From: Octopus vulgaris
Taxonomy: Eukaryota
Direction of reading: 5' to 3'
NCBI GenBank assembly: GCA_951406725.2
Contig: OX597822.1
Span: 43,028,001-43,092,000 of the forward strand
Length of the DNA stretch: 64,000 nt
Position numbers and translations under genes: made by a program. The notes under the pieces are model-generated. The model was not told where the DNA came from. It saw only the letters and a list, made by a program, of their open reading frames with translations, and did no database searches. This document shows positions 1 to 16,185 of this stretch, in pieces. Every line of letters begins with the position of its first letter. The first letter of the stretch is position 1.

Positions 1-245
1 AGAAGCCCGTCGTATATATGTATATATGTGTGTGCTTGTATGTTTGTCTGTGTTTGTTCCCCTAGCATTGCTTGACAACCAATGCTGGTGTGTTTATGTC
101 CCCGTCACTTTGCGGTTCGGCAAAAAGAGACCGATAGAATAAGTACTGGGCTTACAAAGAATAAGTCCCGGGGTCGAGTTGCTCGATTAAAGGCGGTGCT
201 CCAGCATCGCTGCAGTCAAATGACTGAAACAAGTAAAAGAGTAAA

Positions 246-248
<3 letters not shown>
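1..248 (+). mobile_element. SINE family A, 3' part (internal microsatellite plus tail)
   Basis: Matches the full copy at 30102-30485: gaagcccgtcgtatata...ttgacaacc...cggttcggcaaaa...aaggcggtgctccagcat...tgactgaaacaagtaaaaga. Confidence 0.85.
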
Positions 249-291
<43 letters not shown>

Positions 292-909
292 ATATCCATA
301 TATATATATTCTACACCTATGCAAACACAAACACGCACAAGCACGCATGCGGGTGCGCACACTCATACACATTCGCACGAATATGCATGCTGTCTTATAA
401 TGATAGGCACGTTTATTTGTAATTGACATGATTGTGGATACCTGCACCATCTTTAAATGTACTGTATTTCAAATGCCGGAATTTACGAGTTTACAATGGT
501 TTTCTTTTTCTTTTCCAGATCATTAGTGTTTATACATTTTAATCCTTAATGATGTCATCATGGGTTCCACTAAAACTTGCATTCGTTACTGAAACGCACT
601 TCTCTTGCGGATACTTTCCACCGTCACACAAAGTCAATTACGACGACGTTTCCAGAAGCTTTAGGCACCGTCTAGTAAGGTGATCCTGCGTGATGTTGGT
701 AACTTTTGTCAGGTAGGCAACATCAACGAGAGAGAGAATGGGCAGGACGAACTCGAATGTTCTGTATTGTATTCAATGTTGGACATGTCACGAGTGCATT
801 GAACAAGTGGCTGTAAGTCAGTTTTCCTATCAGTTGGCTGAACAGGTAAACATCACTCGTAATAATGTTGCCAGGATTTAAAAAAAAAAAAAAAAATAAA
901 GAAGACTTA

Positions 910-2172
910 GAGTAACCACTCGACTATTGCGGGTGTTACGTTCCAAAACACCCCGCGATAGATGAACATTCGTGAAGTAGAAACAGTACTATACTGTATA
1001 TTTAAAAAAAAATATTTTTATAATTTGTATATATTTATTTTATTATTGGGTTGTCCGGAAAGTCCGTGCCGATTTTTAAAGGAAAGGAAAAGGTCAATAA
1101 ATACTTGCCATTACATTTTAATCAACCAAATATGAACCACTTTGTTGCACAATGCGTTTCCATCTTTCCTTTAACTTGAAAATACCCTCTTCCCAGAATT
1201 GAGGTGGTTTCATGGCAAAGAATTCATCAAGGTATCTTTTTACGTCATCCAAGGAATTGAAATTTTTACCATTAAGGCTATTCTGCAGAGACCTCAATGA
1301 GTGGAAATCTAAAGGAGCAACATCTGGTGAATATGGCGGGTGGGGTAACACATCCCAGCCGAGCTGCAGCAATTTTTGTCTGGTTCCCAAAGCATCAAGT
1401 GTCGAAAATGAACTTTCTTATCTTCCATTTTAAAGGGTTACAGAACTAACACAGGTTATAGGAACATAAACCTTCTTCCACGACAAGATAGCTTAAACTG
1501 TGCTCAAAATGGAGGTGTAGTCAGATCCTATTTTATGGACTCAACCATATTCTAAAATAAGTCGAAATGTAAGCTACTATAAATCGGCACTAACTTCCTG
1601 GACAACCCAATATTTTTATACGCTTAAGCTTTTATAAACTCTCCTCACACTCTAAGGAGTACCTGTATCTTCTCATTTTTTGCGGGTAAGGAACATAATG
1701 ATGGGCAGTTGCTGGCGCTGCCTCTTCTTCTGTGTAAGGAAGAAAGGCTTAGAAGGTACAAAACATTTGAGCGACATCGTAAGACTTGAAATAAATTCAC
1801 AGTTTTACACACAAATGCAAAACAACACCACGCACTCGCCTCCTGAGTTTCGCTTACCTTACAGTATGTGCAATTCTTTGTTTACTCAACTACGGTACAC
1901 TACGTATTTTCTTTTAATATATTTTAATTAATGTGTAATACACTGAAGTTCTGTACTGTGTTTTTATTCATTAGTTTATTAATTATTAGATGTGAAAATG
2001 CTTATTTTACCACAGAAATAAATAAAATCTAAAGAGATATAAATACTTATCGGCCGCAGAGACCCGCGATATACTGAGGAGTCCGCGATATAAATTTACA
2101 TGTATTAGCCAGAAAATTCGCGATTTACTAGTGCGCGTGATAGGTAAACCGCGATATGGCGAGTGATTAATG
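910..2172. mobile_element. Tigger/pogo-like non-autonomous DNA transposon, interrupted by a mariner
   Basis: Degenerate TIRs gagtaaccactcgactattgcgg / ccgcgatatggcgagtgattaatg, each flanked by TA; repeated ccgcgata subterminal motifs. Confidence 0.6.
1046..1610 (-). mobile_element. Internally deleted mariner transposon (transposase C-terminus)
   Basis: TIRs ttgggttgtccggaaagtccgtgccgattt / aaatcggcactaacttcctggacaacccaa with TA flanks; ORF 1118-1390 contains LPHPPYSPDVAPLDF (mariner YSPDL motif). Confidence 0.92.
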
Positions 2173-2305
2173 TATAACTGTTACATTTAAAAAATATTGA
2201 AAAGGCGAAAATCACATGGTGAGAATCATAATATGGACCCTGGTCAGGAGAGTAGAAGACGAGGGGCAATATCTGGTCTTGCATAAAAGAGAGAGCGAGC
2301 GAGCG

Positions 2306-2394
<89 letters not shown>

Positions 2395-2397
<3 letters not shown>

Positions 2398-2605
2398 GGC
2401 TGGTAGAATCGTTAACAACGCCGGGGAAAATGATTAGCAGCATTTCGTTCGACTTTACGTTCTGAGTTCAAATTCAGCCGAGGTCGAATTTTACCTGTCA
2501 TCCTTTCGGGTTCTATAGAATAAGTACCAGTTGAGCACTGGGGACGATGTAATCGACTTAACCCTCCCCCCGAAATTGCTGGCATTGTGCCAAAATTTGA
2601 AACCT
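2395..2605 (+). mobile_element. SINE family B (tRNA-like head, Meta/MESC-like core)
   Basis: gctggtagaatcgttaac...gttctgagttcaaattc...tcatcctttcgggg...aagtaccagt; same family as 9203, 24704, 33942, 42320, 43158, 43389, 60698. Confidence 0.8.
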
Positions 2606-2606
2606 A

Positions 2607-3360
2607 TTTATGGTCTTGCATTATCGTGTAAGAGCAACAGGTCTTTATGATTGACCAATGATGTGCACTTCGCCACAAATTGTTGCGCAATGCTTCCAAT
2701 TGAAGGCAATACTTCTCTGCATGAATTGTTTTGTTTTGGTTTAACATTTTATGATAGACAACACCCTTCATATTTCACCAAACAGACCTTATCGGATGTA
2801 GTCCTGGCTTTGAGATAGAACTTCCTTTTTAATTGAACGCTACCCATTGTCGCATTGTCGTTTTCATTGGATATGGTTATAGAGAACCCATTTTTCCCTC
2901 ACTTGTAGCGATTTTGTCAACGAAAGGTTCTTTAGCAAGTCTACACTTCAATGACTAGCAGAGGGCAACGATTAGTTTAAACCGAGAAACAGTCAGATAA
3001 CAAAGGAACTCACCGACCTAGTTTATACTCTTTTCCTAGCTCCTGAAGGTATTTTATAATCCAAGTATGACTTGATTTGAATATTTTGCTAATTCTTGTC
3101 CAGTTTACTTAGGATTTTCCTCAACTACACTTTTCAGAATTCAATATTGACAGAACTTGAGCGTCTAGGTCAACGGTCACCTGCAAGAGAAAAAATTCCC
3201 GAGTGAAACGGGCCAAACATTCGTTGACATGTCTGGACACTTATAGTTTCATTTCCGTTGACAGAACGTATGTTTTTTGGCGCTTCCATTGGTGAAAAGC
3301 TCCTTTTAAATAGATACAGAACGCAGTGTCTGATACGGGCCTGATCAAAAGTTATTTTGA
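2607..3360 (-). pseudogene. Decayed mariner transposase
   Basis: Minus-strand translation across frameshifts gives MKGVVYHKMLNQNKTIHAEKYCLQLEAL...LVNHKDLLLLHDNARP and a degenerate IVTxDEKW-like block. Confidence 0.8.
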
Positions 3361-3539
3361 AACGGAAAAATAGAAATCGATACGAATTTTACTATTATGA
3401 TATAAAGTAATCTTCAAAGAAAAGAAAAGAAAATCCCCCAAAAAATTAAAATAAAAAAGCAGCAACAAAAACAAAAATCAAGAAACAAAAACAAACAACA
3501 AAACAAAAACCACACACAATCGAATATAAGAATCAAAGA

Positions 3540-7530
<3,991 letters not shown>

Positions 7531-7874
7531 TATGTGTTTAAAATTCACTGATGAAGTAAACTCGTGCAAATAAAGTGACGAAGTGTGCAAATTTTGTATA
7601 ACTTTATAAGATTTCTTGTTTTCCACATTTAACCAGAATATTTTGCTGCAAGAGGTATAAATAGTAAACACAACCACATAAGTATTCATAGTTAGCAATC
7701 TTATTAGTTTTCAAATTCCGAAAACTTTTAGGTCAACCTTTATTTAATTTCTATGCTTGTTGACCTCAAGCAATTCCTTGTAAAGTAAGGTCAGGGCTTA
7801 GGTTATTGCCACGTAATGGTAAACGTTTCCTTAAATTCTAGCTTTCAGGACAAGAGGTTTACAATTCTAGAATT

Positions 7875-8025
7875 AAGTGCAGCCATGGCTGTGTGGTATG
7901 AAGCTTGCGTTCTGCCACATAGTTCCGAGTTCACTCCCACTGCAAATGTCTTCTACTTTAACTTCGGACCGACTAAAGCCTCGTGAGTGGATTTGGTAAA
8001 CAGAATCTGAATGAAACCGGTCGCG
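7875..8025 (+). mobile_element. SINE family A head
   Basis: tggctgtgtggta...gttccgagttcactcccactgc...gtgagtggatttggta. Confidence 0.75.
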
Positions 8026-8037
8026 TGTGTGTGTTTT

Positions 8038-8097
<60 letters not shown>

Positions 8098-8159
8098 AAA
8101 TATAAAAGAAGGAAGATGCACAGTTTACATAGTTTTAATATTTATTTTAATATATTTTA

Positions 8160-8990
8160 TAATTGAAAGAGTATTGTGTTTGTCGACCGGTATCGCTTTC
8201 GCTAATCGTAGCATTGTAATTATTGTAATTTCGTATTTTCTTAAGAAGATTTTAGCCCATGTTTTTGTATGGAAGTTTGTGAATGAATCAGCAAGTAGAA
8301 AAATTTAAGGGGAGGTAATTGGTAATCGTTATAATTCAGGACAGGGGAGGTAATTATACATTTTTGGGGGGCAGGGTGGATACATAAATATACAAAGACC
8401 CAAAAGCTAAGGTAGTAAGGTGAAATATGTACAGTGATGGGCATGTGATCATGAATTCAGCTATATACTGCGACCAAAGTTGGTTATGCGTTTATATTGA
8501 GACGTGTTCTGTATTTTTCGATAAATAATTTTTTTTTATTTAAATGTTCTTGTACGGGGAAGACTGTGAAGTTTTGTTGGATATTACTTGCACATCTCAC
8601 CATGTGTTCACTCAAAGGAATCTGTCTGTACTTTGGGAATCAGACCTGTTCCTTATCTGAGAGAATCAGGTACTTAAATTGTACTTATCTGACAGATTCG
8701 AGTATTTAAATGCTATACATTAATTTGAGTTTATTTAACCTGTAAGCACCACCTCTAGTCGGATCAATATACTGGGTACTGAAGTAATCTATTGAGATAT
8801 TTAGGCTGTCGACACAGAGAAAATCCGCGGCTACGAGCATTTAACGCCTAGAAGCTGGTCCAAATCGTGCGTTGTGTAGATCACACGGTGTTTCTTATAC
8901 TCCAGGATGTCCAAGGGGTTGTGAATCACTTTGGTGTAATATTAGCAAAGAAAAATTTTATTTTGAAATTATGTGGATCATCTGATGAAT
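8160..8990 (-). pseudogene. Old Penelope-like element remnant (GIY-YIG region)
   Basis: Minus-strand pieces RQPKYLNRLL and PKYRQIPLSEHMVRCASNIQQNFTVFP align by eye to KRQPKNLKTLL and PEVRQIPLSNHLATCGRKIYIIFP of the young PLE at 13549-14490. Confidence 0.7.
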
Positions 8991-9202
8991 ATGGCTTTTT
9001 TTCACTATAATGTAATGTACTCACTGATCAAATAAAAATGTGTAAGAAACAGCTGTAATGAACTGACATTTATCCATCGTCTGTTATTTTTTCTTTGCTA
9101 TGCATACATACATACGTACGTACATACATACGTACGTACATACATACGTACGTACATACATACATACATACGTATACACACACACACACACACACACATA
9201 TG

Positions 9203-9395
9203 TAAGGCGAGCTGGCAGAAACGTTAGCACGCCGGGTGAAATGCTTAGCGGTGTTTCGTCTGTCTTTACGAGGTCGACTTTGCCTTTCATCCTTTCGAGG
9301 TCGATAAATTAACTATCAGTTGCGTACTGGGGTCGATCTAATCGACTGGCCTCCTCCCCCAAATGTCAGGCCTTATGCCCAGAGTAGAAAAGTAT

Positions 9396-9435
<40 letters not shown>

Positions 9436-9665
9436 GTCTACGTGTGTGCGTCTCTGTATCTGTGTTTGTCTCTACTGCTTGACAACCGGTGCTGATGTGT
9501 TTACATACCCATAACTTAGCGGTTCGGCAAAAGAGACCGGTAGAATAAGTACTAGACTTAAGAATAAGTCCTGGGGTCAATTTGTTCGACTAAAATCCTC
9601 TAAACGCGGTGCTCCAACATGGCCGCTGTCAAATGACTGAAACAGAATAAAAAAGAATAAAAGAA
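9203..9665 (+). mobile_element. SINE family B (9203-9390) followed by SINE family A tail (9440-9665)
   Basis: aaggcgagctggcagaaacgttagcacgccggg... then cttgacaaccggtgctg...tgactgaaacagaataaaa. Confidence 0.8.
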
Positions 9666-10504
9666 AAGTGATTCCTAGAGCTGGTCTTATTCTCTGTGTT
9701 ACTAAACCATTTTAATATGGCATTGCTGCGGTCTTATAAATGAAAACTACGTGGTCTACCTAATTCTGCAATTTTGGTAGAGATTACAATATACTTGCCG
9801 TTTCCTTTCGAAGTAGTCCTTTAGTCTGTTCTTGAATTTGGATATAACGTTCTTTTCATGGTCGTTTAATGTAATATATGGTTTGCTAAATTTTCTGTTC
9901 TCTTCTGTAGCAATAGATCAGTTGTTGCCAAGCATTTTCATGATGCTGTCCCGCTGGGCACCCGGGGCCGCATTCCTAGCACCTTCACTCACCACCACCA
10001 CCACCACCACCACCACCACCGCTACCACCACCATCACAACCACCACCAATATTGACCACTTCCTCCAGCAAATTCAAAACTGTATTTCATAAATAAAATT
10101 CAACCCAATATTTTGTTTATTTTTACACCCATAGCCCCCTTTTGGCCATCACATTATCGCTCAACATTTCTTGAATGCCCACCCCTTGATCTTTCCACTG
10201 ACCCTAGGGAGGCAGGCAGTACCGTCAACTTTGGGAAGCATTGTAAGAGATGAACCAGCGTTGCTGGATAATGTTTCCAGCGGGTCAATCAGTGGATTGC
10301 TGCTTTTCTGAGAACAAGAGACTGTGTAAAAGTTAAGCGTATTCAACAGGGTGCAAATGATTTCGTTTGAAGAGCATCTTTTCCTTTCCATTGTTCATAT
10401 CAAAGGCAATACAAATACATATGGCAACACAAACAAACAGATACATGATTCATCTAAGACGAATTTTAAAGAGTAGGAAACAAGACTAGCCCTGTAAGAA
10501 TCAT

Positions 10505-10638
<134 letters not shown>

Positions 10639-11864
10639 GTATATATGTATATACATATGTATATATATATGTATATATATAGGTATATATATTTATATAT
10701 GTACTCATAGATACATACATATAAATGTATATACATATACACCCACAAACATATATATATACATGCATATATGTATATATGTATATATATATATGTATAT
10801 ATATATTTATATACCTACTCATAGATACATACATACCTATATATATATATGTATATACACATACACCCACAAACATATATATACATACATTCATATATAT
10901 ATATATATATACACACATATATGAATGTGTGTGTGTGTATGTAGAAAATCTGTATTTGACAGTTTGGCTTTGAAAGATGTTTATTGCTGTCTTTGATCGC
11001 AAATATATCGATATACACGTGCACATACGCATACAAATACAAAAATATTATTTATTTAATCGTATATAGTATAAACAATTAATATATACATAAATACATA
11101 CATACATGAATTTATACATATGTAATCATCTGTGCGTATGCGTGTGTAATTAATATGCGTAGAGCTCCGTAGAGACTAATGCACAATTATAATGGGAACG
11201 AAAATTACAAACTCTGTATTTAAATGTTGCGTGGAGACACTCATCATTAGTTTGAAATAAACAACGGTTGATAGTTGAAAGTTTTAAATGTCATCTAGCA
11301 TCATAAGCCAGTCACATGTTTCATGACGCCAAGTAACTTTCTTCATGCTTCAGTAGGATTTTTCTTAAGGATGGATTTGGACATGTGGCTGTATATTGCA
11401 ATTAATTCCGTCTTATTTGTTTACAACTGAAGCTTGATAGCGAAGAAAGTGGATTTTTTTTTCTGAAAGAAAGAAAGAGAGACAATTTGTCGTGAATTTG
11501 TAGTATCTTAAGTTATTCCTGAACGTTGCTACTTTATTCAGGATTGTTCACAATTGTTCTTTTTTCCCCTCTTTATTGATCTCTAAATAAATTTCCCAGC
11601 GTTTGCCTATTTACTATTTGACGATGATCGAATGATTTGTTGCGCTGCTGTAGGAGATTTTTAAACGAATGCTCTGTAAGTCGTCGCAATACACAGTTGG
11701 TAGAAATGCTAATTGTTATTAGGCTTTTATCAAGGCATCTCTCTCCAGGAGAAAGAACAACAAGTTAAGGGTTAAGACACAGAAGTAATTCCTTTGTTAG
11801 AGGTAGATTTATGTGTTGTATTATTAGGCCAAAATTTAGCATTAGGTTTAGATTCAGTGAATGG

Positions 11865-12035
11865 TTAAGAATAGCTTTAAGCATAAGAAGTTTGCTTCCT
11901 AACCATATAGTTCCGGGTTCAGTTCTACTGCGTGGCACCTTTGGCAAATATCTTCTACTATAACTTCGAGCCTACTAAAACCTTAAAGCCTTATGGGTGG
12001 ATTTGGTTCACAGAAACTGAAAGATACCTGTCGTG
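11865..12035 (+). mobile_element. SINE family A head directly upstream of the Penelope palindrome
   Basis: gttccgggttcagttctactgcgtggcacctttggcaaat...ggatttggttcacagaaactgaaaga. Confidence 0.8.
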
Positions 12036-12236
12036 CATATATATATAGATATATATAGATATATATATATATGGGTGTGTGTGATTGTGTATAGAAGAAT
12101 ATATTAATAAAAAGAATTCCAACCTTGTCTGATTTTCACATTTTATTTACAATCTTATAATGATATATTATAAGATAATATATTATAATTGAATAAAATA
12201 AAATGAAATAGTAGAATGTTAAATATTCATTCTGAT

Positions 12237-12281
12237 TGAACTAGTACTTTCATGCATTGAATTCTGCAATCTTCGGGTTCA
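12237..12281 (-). ncRNA. Minimal type I hammerhead ribozyme in PLE pLTR (left arm)
   Basis: Reverse complement of 14985-15029. Confidence 0.7.
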
Positions 12282-12775
12282 TGTAGTAGTGTTGACAGTC
12301 ATGCTTCACAATTTTTGACTGTAGCAAGATGAGTGATTCTGTGCTATAAATACAGCTGGGTAGGCTCCAGAGTGCTAGGTTTTGCAAACTGTATTCTGAC
12401 CAATCAGTGTGTAGTATCACTCAATTACTTAAGCTGATTGGTTGGTTGAGCTGATTGGTTTAGGCATCACGCTTTGTTGGACAGGTCAAGAGTCCTGTAT
12501 CTTGACCCTGGCCGAAGCAGCAATTGTTGGGTTATTTTTAGAAATGTTGTAAATATCCTTTGTCAGAGATTTTTATATTTTTATATTTCAATTGTCATCA
12601 TCATCATTGTCAGCACCTTAATTATTGTTGCTAGTGGTGATGGTGGTGGCAATAGAACTTTTAACCCTAAATAAGATAATTTTCCTGCTATCTTCGTCTT
12701 GATCACCTTTAGTATTGTTGTTGTTGTTAGTGGTCATGGTCGTAGCAGTGGAAGTAATACCTCTAAGTATTATTA

Positions 12776-13486
12776 TTATTGCTTATTTAGCTTGGGTTCG
12801 AATTTATCAATAAAATTCTTTTCTCTGATTTTCCTCTCGATTTCACTTGGGCTGTGTAATTTGTAGAATGGAAATATTATATATATTTTCCGACCACATG
12901 TTGCTAGGTGGTTACTCAAAGGTATCTGACGGACCTCTGGGTCTCTAATCTGTTGCCGGTGTACACGTGAGCGTTCTAATAGTGCGTTTCCCGTCTGACC
13001 TACATATATTTCTTCACAATTTGGGCATTTGATGCAGTAAATTAAATTTCTGCTTTTGCAGTTCATATTCGCGTTTGTGAATATTTTCCCGGTTTTTGTG
13101 TTTATATATTGACCGGTATGTATGAATTGGCATGTGCCACATCGGCTATCATTGCATTTAGATACCGTGAATATTTGGTCTTTGTTGCTGAGGTCAAATT
13201 TTGCCTTTGTTAGTAATGTTTTCAAGTTTTTAGGCTGTCTTTTACTAAGCACCATAGCTCGATCCTTGATTATGTCTTTTAATTCATTACTTTGGGCAAT
13301 GATTGGTAGGTTTGCTTTGGCAATGTTGAAGATATTCTGGTGACATGGGTTGTGTGTCACTATGAATGGTATGACTTGTTCTTGTTTTCCTCTTCCTTGG
13401 GTTGTCCTAAGTTGTTGTATAGGTATTTTTATAGCCCGCTGTATGCCATTTTCTATAAGTAGAGATGGGTATTTTTGTTTGAGCAA
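12776..13486 (-). CDS. Penelope ORF C-terminal fragment (linker plus GIY-YIG endonuclease), inverted copy
   Basis: NLIYCIKCPNCEEIYVGQT GIY-YIG signature; CxxxxCxxC linker; identical to the + copy except QIFTV vs QTFTV. Confidence 0.9.
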   Translation of the reverse strand: MLKQKYPSLLIENGIQRAIKIPIQQLRTTQGRGKQEQVIPFIVTHNPCHQNIFNIAKANLPIIAQSNELKDIIKDRAMVLSKRQPKNLKTLLTKAKFDLSNKDQIFTVSKCNDSRCGTCQFIHTGQYINTKTGKIFTNANMNCKSRNLIYCIKCPNCEEIYVGQTGNALLERSRVHRQQIRDPEVRQIPLSNHLATCGRKIYIIFPFYKLHSPSEIERKIREKNFIDKFEPKLNKQ

Positions 13487-13497
13487 AAATTCTCTAG

Positions 13498-14490
13498 TTC
13501 AATATCCTCCTGAACAACCTACACCCATCTCTCAAATTTACAAAGGAGATGAGTAGTACCAAATTACCATTCCTGGATATAATGGTAATTAAAAAAGACA
13601 CCACCATCACCACAGATATATACTATAAACACACAGACACACATCAATACCTAAATTTTAAGTCGTGCCATCCACCACATACAAAACGTAACATCCCATA
13701 CTGCCTAGCCAGAAGAATTTGTACTATTGTAGAAGATGCAAATATCAGGAACAAACGCCTAATAGAACTAAGAGAATTTTTGCTCAAACAAAAATACCCA
13801 TCTCTACTTATAGAAAATGGCATACAGCGGGCTATAAAAATACCTATACAACAACTTAGGACAACCCAAGGAAGAGGAAAACAAGAACAAGTCATACCAT
13901 TCATAGTGACACACAACCCATGTCACCAGAATATCTTCAACATTGCCAAAGCAAACCTACCAATCATTGCCCAAAGTAATGAATTAAAAGACATAATCAA
14001 GGATCGAGCTATGGTGCTTAGTAAAAGACAGCCTAAAAACTTGAAAACATTACTAACAAAGGCAAAATTTGACCTCAGCAACAAAGACCAAACATTCACG
14101 GTATCTAAATGCAATGATAGCCGATGTGGCACATGCCAATTCATACATACCGGTCAATATATAAACACAAAAACCGGGAAAATATTCACAAACGCGAATA
14201 TGAACTGCAAAAGCAGAAATTTAATTTACTGCATCAAATGCCCAAATTGTGAAGAAATATATGTAGGTCAGACGGGAAACGCACTATTAGAACGCTCACG
14301 TGTACACCGGCAACAGATTAGAGACCCAGAGGTCCGTCAGATACCTTTGAGTAACCACCTAGCAACATGTGGTCGGAAAATATATATAATATTTCCATTC
14401 TACAAATTACACAGCCCAAGTGAAATCGAGAGGAAAATCAGAGAAAAGAATTTTATTGATAAATTCGAACCCAAGCTAAATAAGCAATAA
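13498..14490 (+). CDS. 5'-truncated Penelope ORF: RT C-terminus/thumb plus GIY-YIG endonuclease
   Basis: LNNLHPSLKFT...LPFLDI...TDIYYKHTDTHQYLNFKSCHPPHTKRNIPY (PLE RT thumb), then LIYCIKCPNCEEIYVGQT...R...H...E...LN (GIY-YIG). Confidence 0.92.
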   Translation, partial: FNILLNNLHPSLKFTKEMSSTKLPFLDIMVIKKDTTITTDIYYKHTDTHQYLNFKSCHPPHTKRNIPYCLARRICTIVEDANIRNKRLIELREFLLKQKYPSLLIENGIQRAIKIPIQQLRTTQGRGKQEQVIPFIVTHNPCHQNIFNIAKANLPIIAQSNELKDIIKDRAMVLSKRQPKNLKTLLTKAKFDLSNKDQTFTVSKCNDSRCGTCQFIHTGQYINTKTGKIFTNANMNCKSRNLIYCIKCPNCEEIYVGQTGNALLERSRVHRQQIRDPEVRQIPLSNHLATCGRKIYIIFPFYKLHSPSEIERKIREKNFIDKFEPKLNKQ

Positions 14491-14804
14491 TAATAATACT
14501 TAGAGGTATTACTTCCACTGCTACGACCATGACCACTAACAACAACAACAATACTAAAGGTGATCAAGACGAAGATAGCAGGAAAATTATCTTATTTAGG
14601 GTTAAAAGTTCTATTGCCACCACCATCACCACTAGCAACAATAATTAAGGTGCTGACAATGATGATGATGACAATTGAAATATAAAAATATAAAAATCTC
14701 TGACAAAGGATATTTACAACATTTCTAAAAATAACCCAACAATTGCTGCTTCGGCCAGGGTCAAGATACAGGACTCTTGACCTGTCCAACAAAGCGTGAT
14801 GCCT

Positions 14805-14950
14805 AAACCAATCAGCTCAACCAACCAATCAGCTTAAGTAATTGAGTGATACTACACACTGATTGGTCAGAATACAGTTTGCAAAACCTAGCACTCTGGA
14901 GCCTACCCAGCTGTATTTATAGCACAGAATCACTCATCTTGCTACAGTCA
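14805..14950 (+). promoter_or_regulatory. Putative pLTR Pol II promoter (CCAAT x3, TATA-like)
   Basis: Two ccaatcagct boxes, one ctgattgg and tatttata (14914-14921) upstream of the hammerhead; mirrored at about 12316-12461. Confidence 0.45.
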
Positions 14951-14984
14951 AAAATTGTGAAGCATGACTGTCAACACTACTACA

Positions 14985-15029
14985 TGAACCCGAAGATTGC
15001 AGAATTCAATGCATGAAAGTACTAGTTCA
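14985..15029 (+). ncRNA. Minimal type I hammerhead ribozyme in PLE pLTR (right arm)
   Basis: TGAAC-CCGAAGA-TTGCA(gaattcaa)TGCAT-GAAA-GTAC-TA-GTTCA: stem I TGAAC/GTTCA, variant core, palindromic AGTACT stem III typical of dimer-cleaving PLE hammerheads. Confidence 0.7.
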
Positions 15030-15150
15030 ATCAGAATGAATATTTAACATTCTACTATTTCATTTTATTTTATTCAATTATAATATATTATCTTATAATA
15101 TATCATTATAAGATTGTAAATAAAATGTGAAAATCAGACAAGGTTGGAAT

Positions 15151-15224
<74 letters not shown>

Positions 15225-15227
<3 letters not shown>

Positions 15228-15428
15228 TAGAAGGGCAGGCAACAGGTTGCTTTGCCACATACCGAAAGAACTAGAAATAGCAGTCAGAGACTGTTTATTT
15301 CTATTTTCTACAAGTGGAAATAAACAAATAGAAATAAACTTGTAGAAAATAGAAATAAACAGTCTCTGACAGCTATTTCTAATTCTTTCGGTATGCGGCA
15401 AAGCAACCTGTTGCCTGCCCTTCTACTT
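15225..15428. repeat. Foldback element (~90-bp arms) inside (TA)n
   Basis: aagtagaagggcaggcaacaggttgctttgcc... / ...ggcaaagcaacctgttgcctgcccttctactt with few mismatches. Confidence 0.9.
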
Positions 15429-15549
15429 ATATAAAATATATACTGAACCTCACAGAAGTTCCCGCCGCTAATGGTCATATTTACATACCGAAATCTACCG
15501 GTAAATAATTGTTGGTTGTCTGAAAAACCATCGAAGAAATTATTTACCC

Positions 15550-15654
<105 letters not shown>

Positions 15655-15664
15655 CATACATACA

Positions 15665-15697
<33 letters not shown>

Positions 15698-15716
15698 GTA
15701 TATATATATATATACA

Positions 15717-16070
15717 TAGCTGCGTTGTAAGAAGCTTGTTTCCATATCACATGGGAAGTGGTTGGGCAAGCATCTTCTACTATAGTCTTGGGCTGACCAA
15801 TGCCTTGTGAGTGGATTTGGTTGACGGAGACTGAAAGAAGCCCGTCGTATAGATATATATATATATGTGTGTGTGTGTGCGTGTGTATATGTGTGTTTGT
15901 GTTGGCCTCCCCACCATCGCTTGACAATAGATTTGGTGTGTTTACGAGACCGATAGCATAAGTACTAGGTTTACAAAGAATAAGTCCTGGGGTCCAAATC
16001 TTCGACTAAAGGCTGTGCTTCAGCATGGCCGCAATGAAATGACTGAAACGAGTAAAAGAATAAAAGAATA
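15717..16070 (+). mobile_element. SINE family A (partly deleted)
   Basis: Head, internal (TA)(TG) tract and tgactgaaacgagtaaaaga tail. Confidence 0.8.
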
Positions 16071-16127
16071 TATATATATTTTATAGTTTATTGGCTAAAC
16101 TGGCAAAATGACCATTCCGAAATATAA

Positions 16128-16184
<57 letters not shown>

Positions 16185-16185
<1 letters not shown>

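Larger units (their letters stand above)
12115..15151. mobile_element. Young Penelope-like retroelement, head-to-head inverted duplication (palindrome)
   Basis: 12115-13500 is the near-perfect reverse complement of 13765-15151, with a 264-bp spacer; both arms encode the same GIY-YIG ORF end. Confidence 0.95.

Noticed and set aside
519-870. Possible host exon after ttttccag, or a Tc1 remnant (VRFSNECKF on minus)
   Set aside because: No sustained open frame, and a single short motif is too weak to call.
12474-14792. Identical 66-aa ORFs on opposite strands and other short ORFs in the palindrome
   Set aside because: A by-product of the inverted duplication; antisense to the PLE 3' UTR or ORF.
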